Origin: an uncultured Clostridia bacterium
Lineage (GTDB): Bacteria > Bacillota > Clostridia > Oscillospirales > Acutalibacteraceae
Assembly: GCA_946041635.1 (NCBI GenBank)
Contig: CAMGDG010000001.1
Span: 1-61,536 of the forward strand
Direction of reading: 5' to 3'
Length of the DNA: 61,536 bases
The position numbers and the translations under genes were made by a program. Shown piece by piece: positions 1 through 7,959 of this stretch. Position 1 is the stretch's first letter; each line of letters opens with the position of its first letter. Below the pieces are notes generated by a model. That model saw nothing but the letters and a program-made list of their open reading frames with translations. It was not told the DNA's origin and made no database searches.

Positions 1-82
1 TAAAACTCCTATGATCCCTGAATGGAAACTCAAAATGATGGCAAAGGGTGATTTGAACAACAAATCATCCCTTAAATAATGC

Positions 83-270
83 TGTTTAATTCCTACATTT
101 ATGCGTTGCAGTTCAGGCAGCTATTAAGGATATGAAATAAGATAATTTCAATCTATTATTGAACAAACTGAAACTCCCTCTGCCGAGAAATCAGCAGAGG
201 GAGTTTTGCGTGCCGTGTACGGTGTAGAATAAAGAATATAGACATGGTATATAATCAGCTTAACAAAATT
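83..270 (+). repeat. Direct repeat, copy A. It contains the tail of a short reading frame (...AVQAAIKDMK-stop), a hairpin terminator and ~60 nt of 3' flank. Partner copy at 18867..19036.
   Basis: Hand alignment of 106-270 with 18874-19036 gives 8 substitutions plus one 2-nt indel over ~165 nt. Similarity may extend to 83/18867 across a 16-nt indel. Confidence 0.85.
173..208 (+). terminator. Hairpin terminator inside repeat copy A; could also serve the convergent apbE transcript
   Basis: Perfect 11-bp stem ACTCCCTCTGC/GCAGAGGGAGT with a 10-nt loop, followed by a short T-run (TTTG). Confidence 0.5.
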
Positions 271-427
271 GGGGTTTGTAGCCCGTATTTTGTCTTCTTT
301 TTCGATAAGTTTTCTCTTATGCCATATTCAACAAGAGATTTTTTGCTTCATATATATTCATTAAAACATTCCCTAAAACTTCTAATAATATTGTAGAGAA
401 ATTTTTCCGTTTTTCAATAGTAAATGT

Positions 428-1501
428 CTATTTTTGCGGTGTATATTCAAAAGTATATGCCTCAAATCCGTCGGAATAGAGTTGCTCACCGTCATTCATA
501 ACCCACATTGCTTCAACATTTTCTGTTGACTCAACAAGTTTTTTGCCGTCTTCATAACTCATAAGGAATAATGCTGTTGACAAAGCATCGCCAAGCCCTG
601 AATCATTTGTAAGAACTGACACTGAACGGTATTTTGTACCGGGCATTAAGGTGTTGGGGTCAATAATATGGTGATAACTCTTGCCATCCACATAATAAAA
701 TCTTTGGTATGAGCCGCTTGTAACAATTGACTCACCCGCTACTTTAAGAAACTCGATATACGGTTTTTCTTTATTTTCGGTATCGGGATTTTCAATGCCC
801 ACTTGCCATTTATCGCCATTTGCCATACCGATTGTGCGAACATTTCCGCCAACATTGAGAATGTAGCCTGTTACACCTTTTTCTTCAAGGTGTTTGGCAA
901 TTTGTTCAACGGCATATCCTTTTGCGATTGCACCCACATCGAGGGTCATATCCGGGTCTTGAATAAATACTGTGTTATTCTCTGTATCAATAATCAAATC
1001 GTCAATATCGGTGTGTTTTGATGCTTCTATCAGTTTTTCCATTGGGGGCAATTCTGCATTAACAGGGTCATCAAGGCCCTCATTTCGATAAATATGCCAT
1101 ATTTTAAGCACACTTCCCATTGCCACATTCACATTTCCATAGGTTTTTGAGTACATTTCTTTTGCGAAAACTAACATATCAATGATTTTTTTATCAACTG
1201 TGACAATATCATGCTTGCCGTTGTTCACATCGTTAATTGTAACAAGGTTATTAAGCCCTTCATAGCGGTTATAAATAGTGAAAAGTCGGTGATATTCATT
1301 GAGCAGAGTTGTGATTTCTTCACAATTTGCATCAAAGTCTTCTTTTGTTTTTTCATAGCCTACAATTGTTGTCGCTGTATCAAAATAGTCAAAATAATAG
1401 TTACTAAACTTTTGAAGTTCTTCATTTTTCTCACAGCCCGAAAGTGCCGTAACTGTAAATAACATTGACGCAATCAAGACTATTGAAATAACTCTTTTCA
1501 T
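428..1501 (-). CDS. apbE: ApbE-family FAD:protein FMN transferase, lipoprotein
   Basis: ORF 428..1546. Preferred start is ATG 1501, giving MKRVISIVLIASMLFTVTALSGC (signal peptide plus lipobox). ApbE-like blocks present: LDVGAIAKGYA, VTSGSYQRF, HHIIDPNT, GDALSTALF. Confidence 0.9.
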   Translation of the reverse strand: MKRVISIVLIASMLFTVTALSGCEKNEELQKFSNYYFDYFDTATTIVGYEKTKEDFDANCEEITTLLNEYHRLFTIYNRYEGLNNLVTINDVNNGKHDIVTVDKKIIDMLVFAKEMYSKTYGNVNVAMGSVLKIWHIYRNEGLDDPVNAELPPMEKLIEASKHTDIDDLIIDTENNTVFIQDPDMTLDVGAIAKGYAVEQIAKHLEEKGVTGYILNVGGNVRTIGMANGDKWQVGIENPDTENKEKPYIEFLKVAGESIVTSGSYQRFYYVDGKSYHHIIDPNTLMPGTKYRSVSVLTNDSGLGDALSTALFLMSYEDGKKLVESTENVEAMWVMNDGEQLYSDGFEAYTFEYTPQK

Positions 1502-1623
1502 TTTTTCACCGCCTAAAAAATAGTCAAAAGAAAATCTAATTATCAATTAAACTTTATTTTGATTACTCTAAAAAAATGAGGATGTTGCGTTAACAACATC
1601 CCCGAATTTTTAATATGCTGAAA

Positions 1624-2673
1624 TTATGCTTTTACAGCAGCTTCGGCAGCTTTTACCATATCGCCGACAGACATTGTGCAACCTGCTGTTGCAAGGTCGC
1701 CTGTTGCATAACCGTCAGTACCTGCGAGAGCTGCGAAATCAGCAGCTGTCTTGCCAACAAGAGCCTTGTCGAACTCTGCAGCCTGAGCATACCATTCGAG
1801 AGGCTTGCCTTCGCTACCGTCATGCTTTTTGCCGAATTTAGCCATATTGTATTCGTCACCTTGTTCAAGCTTTGACTTAACTTCAGCTTTTGCATCGTAT
1901 GTAGCTTCGCCCTTAGCGTTGAATGTAATCTTACCCTGTGTGCAGTCTGTCTTAGCAACTACAACTTTGCCTTCTGCATCTGTAACAGCAGCAACGATTG
2001 TTGTGTCAACCTGGTTGAGACCGTCGTTTTCTTCGTCAGCATCTTTGTTTGAATATGATGCAGATGTTACAAGAGCAATGCTAAGCTTGTTTTCTGCTGT
2101 TGCAGCAGAATCTGCAGCATTAGCAACTGCCTTTTCAAGAGCTGCTACGAAATCTGTAACATGGATTGTGCAACCTGCAGCTGCAAGGTCACCCTGTGCA
2201 TAACCGTCGTCAGCCATAAGAGCTTTAACTTCTGCAAGTGTCTTTCCCTTTGCTGCTGCCATAAATGCATCAGCCTGAGCATTCCATTCAAGCGGTTTGC
2301 CCTCACTGCCGTCATGCTTCTTACCGAAAGCAGCCATGTTGTAGTCTGTGCCTTTGTCATACTTTGTTCTGAAGTCTTCAACATCAACTTTCTTGCCGTC
2401 TTCTGTCCATGACGGTTTAATTTGAGCTGTGTCAAGGTCGATTGAAACAATCTTTGAATCAGCGTCAAGAAGAACTGCAACTGCTGTTGTGTTGAATTCA
2501 CCTGTTGTCTCTTTTGCTTCGCCGTAGTTGGCAACTACGCCAAGGCCGAATTTAAGAGTAGCGGGTGCTTCGCCGTTAGGTTCGCCGTTAGGTTTGTCTT
2601 TTGTGCAACCTGCAAGAGCAACAACTGCCAAGAGCATTACTACTGCAAGTGCTACACTAAGAATCTTTTTCAT
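1624..2673 (-). CDS. Lipoprotein made of two tandem FMN_bind-like domains (internal duplication)
   Basis: ORF 1624..2715. Preferred start is ATG 2673, behind RBS AAGGAG, giving MKKILSVALAVVMLLAVVALAGC (lipobox). Two ~150-aa repeats each contain NMA(A/K)FGKKHDGSEGKPLEW and end in GDLA(A/T)AGCT(I/M), which aligns with RnfG DIATVSGATMTT. Confidence 0.75.
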   Translation of the reverse strand: MKKILSVALAVVMLLAVVALAGCTKDKPNGEPNGEAPATLKFGLGVVANYGEAKETTGEFNTTAVAVLLDADSKIVSIDLDTAQIKPSWTEDGKKVDVEDFRTKYDKGTDYNMAAFGKKHDGSEGKPLEWNAQADAFMAAAKGKTLAEVKALMADDGYAQGDLAAAGCTIHVTDFVAALEKAVANAADSAATAENKLSIALVTSASYSNKDADEENDGLNQVDTTIVAAVTDAEGKVVVAKTDCTQGKITFNAKGEATYDAKAEVKSKLEQGDEYNMAKFGKKHDGSEGKPLEWYAQAAEFDKALVGKTAADFAALAGTDGYATGDLATAGCTMSVGDMVKAAEAAVKA

Positions 2674-2808
2674 AGTGTTTTTCTCCTTTGAAAATTTAAT
2701 TATTTCTGTGGACACACTTCCACAATTTCACAAGATGATTATCCCACAAAAAAATAGTTCTGTCAATATTTTAACAATGAAAAATTTACAGAAACTATTA
2801 CAATTTTG

Positions 2809-3312
2809 TTATAATTTGATTTTTTCAAAACGCTTTATGATAATGGACGCAACAATGCCTACAAAAACGCCTGCAACAGTTCCGGTAACGGCAAGCACTA
2901 ACATATAATAGCCTATTTGACTCGTTTCAAAAATAGCCATTGCCACAAGGATTTGACCTAAATTGTGAGCAACGCCGCCGACAATGCTGACACCCACCGT
3001 TGAGAACAAATTCAACTTTTTGCAAAGCGTCATTAAACTCAAACTGAGTATTGCACCTGCGGCACTGTAAGCTAAGGTCATAACATTGCCGAATAAAAGA
3101 GCTACCAAAAAAAGTCTGATTGCAGAAACCGTTACGGCATCTTTAAGCCCTGTTTTATAGAGTATAAAAATTATTATTATATTGGGAAGTCCTATTTTTA
3201 TGCCGGGTACTGCCGACCAAATCGGCGGCAATATGGCTTCAACATAGGATAGGACAAGTGCCACTGTTGTCAGTAAACCCAATACCGAGTATCTTCTTAT
3301 ATTCTGTTTCAT
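2809..3312 (-). CDS. Gx transporter family protein (Hpre_diP_synt_I / ECF-S-like small polytopic membrane protein)
   Basis: 167 aa, about 5 hydrophobic helices. N-terminus RRYSVLGLLTTVALVLSYVE...PGIKIGLPNI is typical of this family (recognised from memory). RBS AGGAG. Confidence 0.7.
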   Translation of the reverse strand: MKQNIRRYSVLGLLTTVALVLSYVEAILPPIWSAVPGIKIGLPNIIIIFILYKTGLKDAVTVSAIRLFLVALLFGNVMTLAYSAAGAILSLSLMTLCKKLNLFSTVGVSIVGGVAHNLGQILVAMAIFETSQIGYYMLVLAVTGTVAGVFVGIVASIIIKRFEKIKL

Positions 3313-3321
3313 AAATTGCTC

Positions 3322-3723
3322 CTAAACGGCCACATCGAGTCCACCGTCGGCGTTGTCGTTTGTAATTTCAATAACAAGCTTGTGCGGAAGACAAACAACA
3401 GTTTCACCGACAAATGACACCGGTCTTGTTTCAACACAAATCTTATCGGGACAGTCGGCTTCACTGATTGACGCTTTTCCGTCTTTTATTGTGAGTATGT
3501 TGATATGCTCGTCATTCTCACCGGTTATTATGGGTACTTCTATGTTTTCTGAAAGCGGATATGACGCTGTTTGTTTGCCGTCAATTTTCACCGAAACAGT
3601 TGAGCCTGCTTCTCTATTCAAGACGAAAAGCAAAAGCCCCGCTGCCGCTATAAAAATTATAGCGACAGCAAGGATTATGTCATTTCTTAATTTTCGATTT
3701 TTTTGAGAATTGTTATTCTTCAT
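3322..3723 (-). CDS. NusG domain II-containing protein (DUF1312-like), membrane-anchored
   Basis: 133 aa with one N-terminal TM helix. C-terminal CPDKICV...GETVVCLPHKLVIEI matches the pattern of NusG_II/DUF1312 proteins. Confidence 0.7.
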   Translation of the reverse strand: MKNNNSQKNRKLRNDIILAVAIIFIAAAGLLLFVLNREAGSTVSVKIDGKQTASYPLSENIEVPIITGENDEHINILTIKDGKASISEADCPDKICVETRPVSFVGETVVCLPHKLVIEITNDNADGGLDVAV

Positions 3724-3727
3724 AAAA

Positions 3728-4543
3728 TCAACCGATTACTCCGTTTTTCATATCAACGACTTTCAAACGACCTGTTGGGCAAACCTTTGCACATTCGCCG
3801 CAGTCTTCACACTTAGCATAGTCGATAACCGCAAGATTATCAATAACCTTGATTGCGTCGTGCTGACAAGTCTTTTCACATTTTTTACAGCCGATACAAG
3901 CGTTCATACAGTTTTTACGGGCAATTGCACCCTTTTCTTTATTGCTGCAAGCAACTGCAACAACAACATCTTCGCCAACCAAAGAGATAACTCCCTTAGG
4001 ACATGTTTTTACGCATTTGCCGCAAGCTATACAAACTCTCGGGTCAATATGTGCAAGGGTATCTTTAACGGAAATTGCACCAACGGGGCATTCTGCCACA
4101 CAGTCGCCCAAACCGATACAACCGAATTTGCAGGAGAACGGTCCGCCGTAAACCATTGCGGCCGCTTTACAGCTTTGAAGTCCTTCATAAACTGTTTTTT
4201 GAGCAACCGCCGAGCAGTCACCGCTGCAATTTACATAAGCAACCTTTGGTTCACCGACACTTACTTCAACGCCCAAAATGTTTGAGAGCTGACCTGCTAC
4301 ATCGGATCCGCCCGGAATACACAAATTTGCTTCTGCCTTGCCGTCTGCTACTGCTTCGGCATAAGCGTCACAGCCTGCAAATCCGCAAGCACCGCAGTTT
4401 GCACCCGGAAGACATTCACGAACTGCTTTAACTGTTTCATTTTCTTCAACCTTGAAGAAATGTGATGCTAAGGCCAACAAAACACCTGCGAGCACGCCGA
4501 TTGCCGACAACACAAGAAGTGGTATTAAAATACTTTGTATCAT
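3728..4543 (-). CDS. rnfB: Rnf complex subunit B (polyferredoxin)
   Basis: N-terminal TM helix, CPGANCGACGFAGCDAYA Fe-S domain, and several CxxCxxCxxxCP motifs (CIACGKCVKTCP, CEDCGECAKVCP). RBS GGAGGGG. Confidence 0.95.
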   Translation of the reverse strand: MIQSILIPLLVLSAIGVLAGVLLALASHFFKVEENETVKAVRECLPGANCGACGFAGCDAYAEAVADGKAEANLCIPGGSDVAGQLSNILGVEVSVGEPKVAYVNCSGDCSAVAQKTVYEGLQSCKAAAMVYGGPFSCKFGCIGLGDCVAECPVGAISVKDTLAHIDPRVCIACGKCVKTCPKGVISLVGEDVVVAVACSNKEKGAIARKNCMNACIGCKKCEKTCQHDAIKVIDNLAVIDYAKCEDCGECAKVCPTGRLKVVDMKNGVIG

Positions 4544-4555
4544 ATTTTCCCCTCC

Positions 4556-5152
4556 TTATGCAAGAATATTTTCAACAATTCCGGCAAAGCCGAAGAATGC
4601 CATTGAAATAAATGATGCTGCTACAAGTGTTACGGGAAGTCCCTTAAAGCTTTCAGGCACTTCACTCTCTTCGATGCGAGAACGCATTCCTGAGAAGAGT
4701 ACCATTGCAAGCAAGAAACCAAGTCCCACACCCAATGAGCTTATCATTGATTCTAAGAAATTGTATCCGTCCGTAATATTGTTGATTGTTACACCTAAAA
4801 CCGCACAGTTCGTTGTAATAAGCGGAAGATAAACACCGAGACTCTTATGAAGAGCAGGAATAACCTTCTTCAAGAAAATTTCAATGAACTGAACAAGTGT
4901 AGCAATAATGAGAATGAATGCAATTGTCTGCATATATCCCATATTAAGCGGATTAAGGATAAAGGTCTGAATCGGCCATGTTACAGCTGTTGCAACAAGC
5001 ATAACGAAAATAACTGCCGCACCCATACCAACCGACTGATTAACCTTTTTTGATACGCCAAGGAACGGGCAAATACCAAGGAAACGGTTAAGAACATAGT
5101 TGTCAACAAGAACTGATGACATCAAAATAATAATCAATGCTTTAACTTCCAT
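4556..5152 (-). CDS. rnfA: Rnf complex subunit A
   Basis: 198-aa polytopic protein of the RnfA/NqrE type, positioned between rnfE and rnfB. Confidence 0.93.
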   Translation of the reverse strand: MEVKALIIILMSSVLVDNYVLNRFLGICPFLGVSKKVNQSVGMGAAVIFVMLVATAVTWPIQTFILNPLNMGYMQTIAFILIIATLVQFIEIFLKKVIPALHKSLGVYLPLITTNCAVLGVTINNITDGYNFLESMISSLGVGLGFLLAMVLFSGMRSRIEESEVPESFKGLPVTLVAASFISMAFFGFAGIVENILA

Positions 5153-5153
5153 A

Positions 5154-5855
5154 TTATTCGCCCTCCTTCACTGCTTCTGCGCAACCGCCGTTGCATGCTT
5201 CTGCTGACGGGCAGCCGGCACAGGAGAATTCTTTCTTCTTGATGAGTTTACCCTTTGTAATCTTATTTACAACTGCAATGAGAAGACCGTAAACTAAAAG
5301 TCCGCCCGGAGCCTTTGCAAGGAAACCGATTGTCAAACCGTTTTCAACAAGGAATGAAATTTCGTTGCCCGCAAATGAGCCTGTACCGATAACTTCACGG
5401 ATAATTGCCATTGAAAGAAGTGCAATTGTGAAGCCGATACCCATTCCGATACCGTCAAGTGCCGATTTGCCCACCGAGTTTTTACCTGCGAACATTTCTG
5501 CACGGCCTAAAATAATGCAGTTAACTGTAATAAGCGCTAAGTAAACACCCAATGTTTTGTATAAATCGGGAATGAATGCCTGAATAAGCATTTGAACGAT
5601 TGTAACGAATCCCGCGATAACAACGATATAGCAAGGAATTCTGACTGTGTCTGGAATGAATTTACGCAACAATGAAATAACAATGTTTGAGCATATCAAT
5701 ACCGCCATTGTTGCAAGTCCCATACCCAATGCACCGTCTACTGTGGAGGTTGTTGCAAGGGTTGGACAAGTGCCGAGAATAAGAACGAAAACAGGGTTTT
5801 CACGGAGAAGACCTTTTAAGAGAATTGACATATTGTTTTGTTTACTCAACTTCAA
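5154..5855 (-). CDS. rnfE: Rnf complex subunit E with a Cys-rich C-terminal tail
   Basis: NPVFVLILGTCPTLATT motif of the RnfE/NqrD type. TTG start at 5855 lies behind GGAAGGAG and overlaps the rnfG stop; the alternative ATG at 5831 lacks an RBS. The tail reads FSCAGCPSAEACNGGCAEAV. Confidence 0.9.
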   Translation of the reverse strand: MKLSKQNNMSILLKGLLRENPVFVLILGTCPTLATTSTVDGALGMGLATMAVLICSNIVISLLRKFIPDTVRIPCYIVVIAGFVTIVQMLIQAFIPDLYKTLGVYLALITVNCIILGRAEMFAGKNSVGKSALDGIGMGIGFTIALLSMAIIREVIGTGSFAGNEISFLVENGLTIGFLAKAPGGLLVYGLLIAVVNKITKGKLIKKKEFSCAGCPSAEACNGGCAEAVKEGE

Positions 5856-7033
5856 GCCACTCCTTCCATAATCTTAACAGCTTTAATTGCTTGGCCGATA
5901 CCCTTTTGATAACCCTTTGTTGTGAGAGTTACGCCTGCTACGATATCGACATCTGTATATGTTGTTTCATCTTTGCCAACATATTGTGAGCTGAATTCTT
6001 TATCTTTACAAATTGAGCCTACGCCATCTGTTTCTGCCTGTTTAGTTGTCTGACAGCTGATGATTTCGCCTTTGTTTGTCAATGCTATCTTAATGTAGAT
6101 ATATTCGCCTGACGGGTTATAGTAATTATCGCCGTTCTTGCCGAAGCCTGAAGCATGGATTTCAAGAACATAGTTGCCACTGTTTGTCTTATATGCCTTT
6201 TCTACATTTGAAGGCATATCGGCATATTTGCTGATGTCAATTTCTTTAAGGCTTGTTGAGAGCATAATCTTTGCCGCTGCTTCAATGTTTGCCTTAACAT
6301 CGTCAGTTGCTTCTGAAACAACCGTGCCGTTAGCGTCAACACCGACAAAGAGTTCTTCGTCGTTAACTGTTGTTACATAAACAAAGCCTGCACCGTTTTC
6401 TGCTTCATAGATTCCTGATACATTTTCAAGTTTTTCACATATAAATACTTCTGTGAAGTTTTCACCTGCCGGAAGTGCCGCTTTAAGATTATCTTGAAGA
6501 ATTTCTTCGTCTGAACGAAGGTCTGCACTGCCGCCGCCGAGAATGATTGCAGTGTTAAGTGCATCCTTAACTGCATTTCTGTATGCGCTCGTTGTCATTG
6601 TTGCGCCGGAAACGGTTGCAATATCTTCAACGGTATCAATTGTAGCACCCTTTAATGTGTCTCCGTAAGTCTTTTCAGCACCGAGAGTTTCGTTGCTTGA
6701 AAGACAAACAGCACCTGTTACATTACCGTCAGCGTCAACGCCGCACATAATAATCAAATCCGGACCGTAACCTGTTGCCGAAAGTTTTACTACACAGCCG
6801 CCGTTTGAAGCGGTGTAAGCTTCAATAACTGATTCGGGAAGTGTGTATTGTGTCATATCAACCTGGGTGAAGTCGCCGCCGTCAGGCATTACAACGAGCA
6901 ATGCTTCGTTAGCCGCCGCACCTGCATTTTTTTCGATAATCGGAGCAGTTACAAAATTTGTTACCGATAAAGCAACTGTAACCAATGCGATGATTACTGT
7001 CAAAGAGATAATACTTTTTATGTAATTTTTCAT
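5852..7033 (-). CDS. rnfG: Rnf complex subunit G, double-length, with two FMN_bind domains
   Basis: 393 aa with an N-terminal TM anchor. First domain ends DIATVSGATMTT (canonical SGAT). Second C-terminal domain ends DVDIVAGVTLTT. The start overlaps the rnfD stop (TAATG). Confidence 0.9.
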   Translation of the reverse strand: MKNYIKSIISLTVIIALVTVALSVTNFVTAPIIEKNAGAAANEALLVVMPDGGDFTQVDMTQYTLPESVIEAYTASNGGCVVKLSATGYGPDLIIMCGVDADGNVTGAVCLSSNETLGAEKTYGDTLKGATIDTVEDIATVSGATMTTSAYRNAVKDALNTAIILGGGSADLRSDEEILQDNLKAALPAGENFTEVFICEKLENVSGIYEAENGAGFVYVTTVNDEELFVGVDANGTVVSEATDDVKANIEAAAKIMLSTSLKEIDISKYADMPSNVEKAYKTNSGNYVLEIHASGFGKNGDNYYNPSGEYIYIKIALTNKGEIISCQTTKQAETDGVGSICKDKEFSSQYVGKDETTYTDVDIVAGVTLTTKGYQKGIGQAIKAVKIMEGVA

Positions 7034-7959
7034 TATTTCTTACCTCCAAACAGTTTTCTTGGTGTTAATGAATCAATATAGGGATTCACGATGTTCATAA
7101 GAAGAATTGCAAATGAAACACCTTCAGGATAACCGCCGAAGAAACGAATAAGCACTGTGATTACACCTGCGCCGATACCGAAGATAAGTTTGCCCTTTAC
7201 AGTAGAGGGAGATGTTACATAATCAGTTGCCATAAAGAAAGCGCCAATCATAAGACCGCCCGAAAGTACCCAAGCAAGTGTTGTTTCAAAATTGCCGCCT
7301 TCAAGTGCCAATGTGAAAAGGAATGTTGTGCCGATAAACGCAACAGGAATATGCCATGTGATTACTTTGCGAACGATGAGATAAACACCGCCGATAAGAA
7401 GTGCCAATGCGCAAGTTTCACCGAGAGCACCGCCGCATTTACCAAGGAACAAATCCATAAGGTTGAGTGTCTTGTCTTGTGCAAGTTCCGCCAGCGGTGT
7501 TGCACCGGATGTTGCATCTAAACCTTTTGGGAAAACCGCCGCAGTCATTGAGCCGAATGCAATAAGCATAAACACACGAGCCGCAATTGCCGGGTTTACA
7601 ATGTTTTTACCGAGACCGCCGAAAATTCCTTTTACAATGATAATTGCAAAAAGAGAACCTACTGCCGCTTGCCATAACGGAATATTTGCAGGAAGATTAA
7701 GTGCTAAAATCAAGCCTGTAACAACTGCGCTCAAATCTCCTATTGTCTGCTCTTTCTTGATTGCCAAGTTGAAAAGTGCTTCGCCCGCTACCGCAGAAAC
7801 TACGCATACTGCAATTACAAGCAATGCGGGAATACCGAAAAGGATAACCGCCGCAACAGATGCGGGTACAAGAGCAATAATGACATCGAGCATTGTTCTC
7901 ATTGTTGAGTTATTGCTATGTATATGCGGAGACAATGAAACATGAAGTTTGTTTTCCAT
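7033..7959 (-). CDS. rnfD: Rnf complex subunit D
   Basis: 308-aa polytopic protein with the DATSGATPL flavinylation motif. The start overlaps the rnfC stop. Confidence 0.95.
   Translation of the reverse strand: MENKLHVSLSPHIHSNNSTMRTMLDVIIALVPASVAAVILFGIPALLVIAVCVVSAVAGEALFNLAIKKEQTIGDLSAVVTGLILALNLPANIPLWQAAVGSLFAIIIVKGIFGGLGKNIVNPAIAARVFMLIAFGSMTAAVFPKGLDATSGATPLAELAQDKTLNLMDLFLGKCGGALGETCALALLIGGVYLIVRKVITWHIPVAFIGTTFLFTLALEGGNFETTLAWVLSGGLMIGAFFMATDYVTSPSTVKGKLIFGIGAGVITVLIRFFGGYPEGVSFAILLMNIVNPYIDSLTPRKLFGGKK

Noticed and set aside
1-79. Possible 3' end of a plus-strand gene entering the window (…IPEWKLKMMAKGDLNNKSSLK-stop)
   Set aside because: It is too short to assess, it is not recognisable, and a TAA lies at positions 1-3 in another frame. 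It is left unannotated.
803-1462. Plus-strand ORFs 803..1021 and 1211..1462 inside apbE
   Set aside because: They are antisense shadows of a well-supported ApbE ORF, with no RBS and low-complexity Cys/Phe-rich translations.
1615-2908. Cluster of six overlapping ORFs (both strands) across the lipoprotein gene
   Set aside because: They are explained by the Ala/Gly/Lys-rich, internally duplicated coding sequence, which keeps several frames open. Only the 1624..2673 frame has a lipoprotein signal, an RBS and domain logic.
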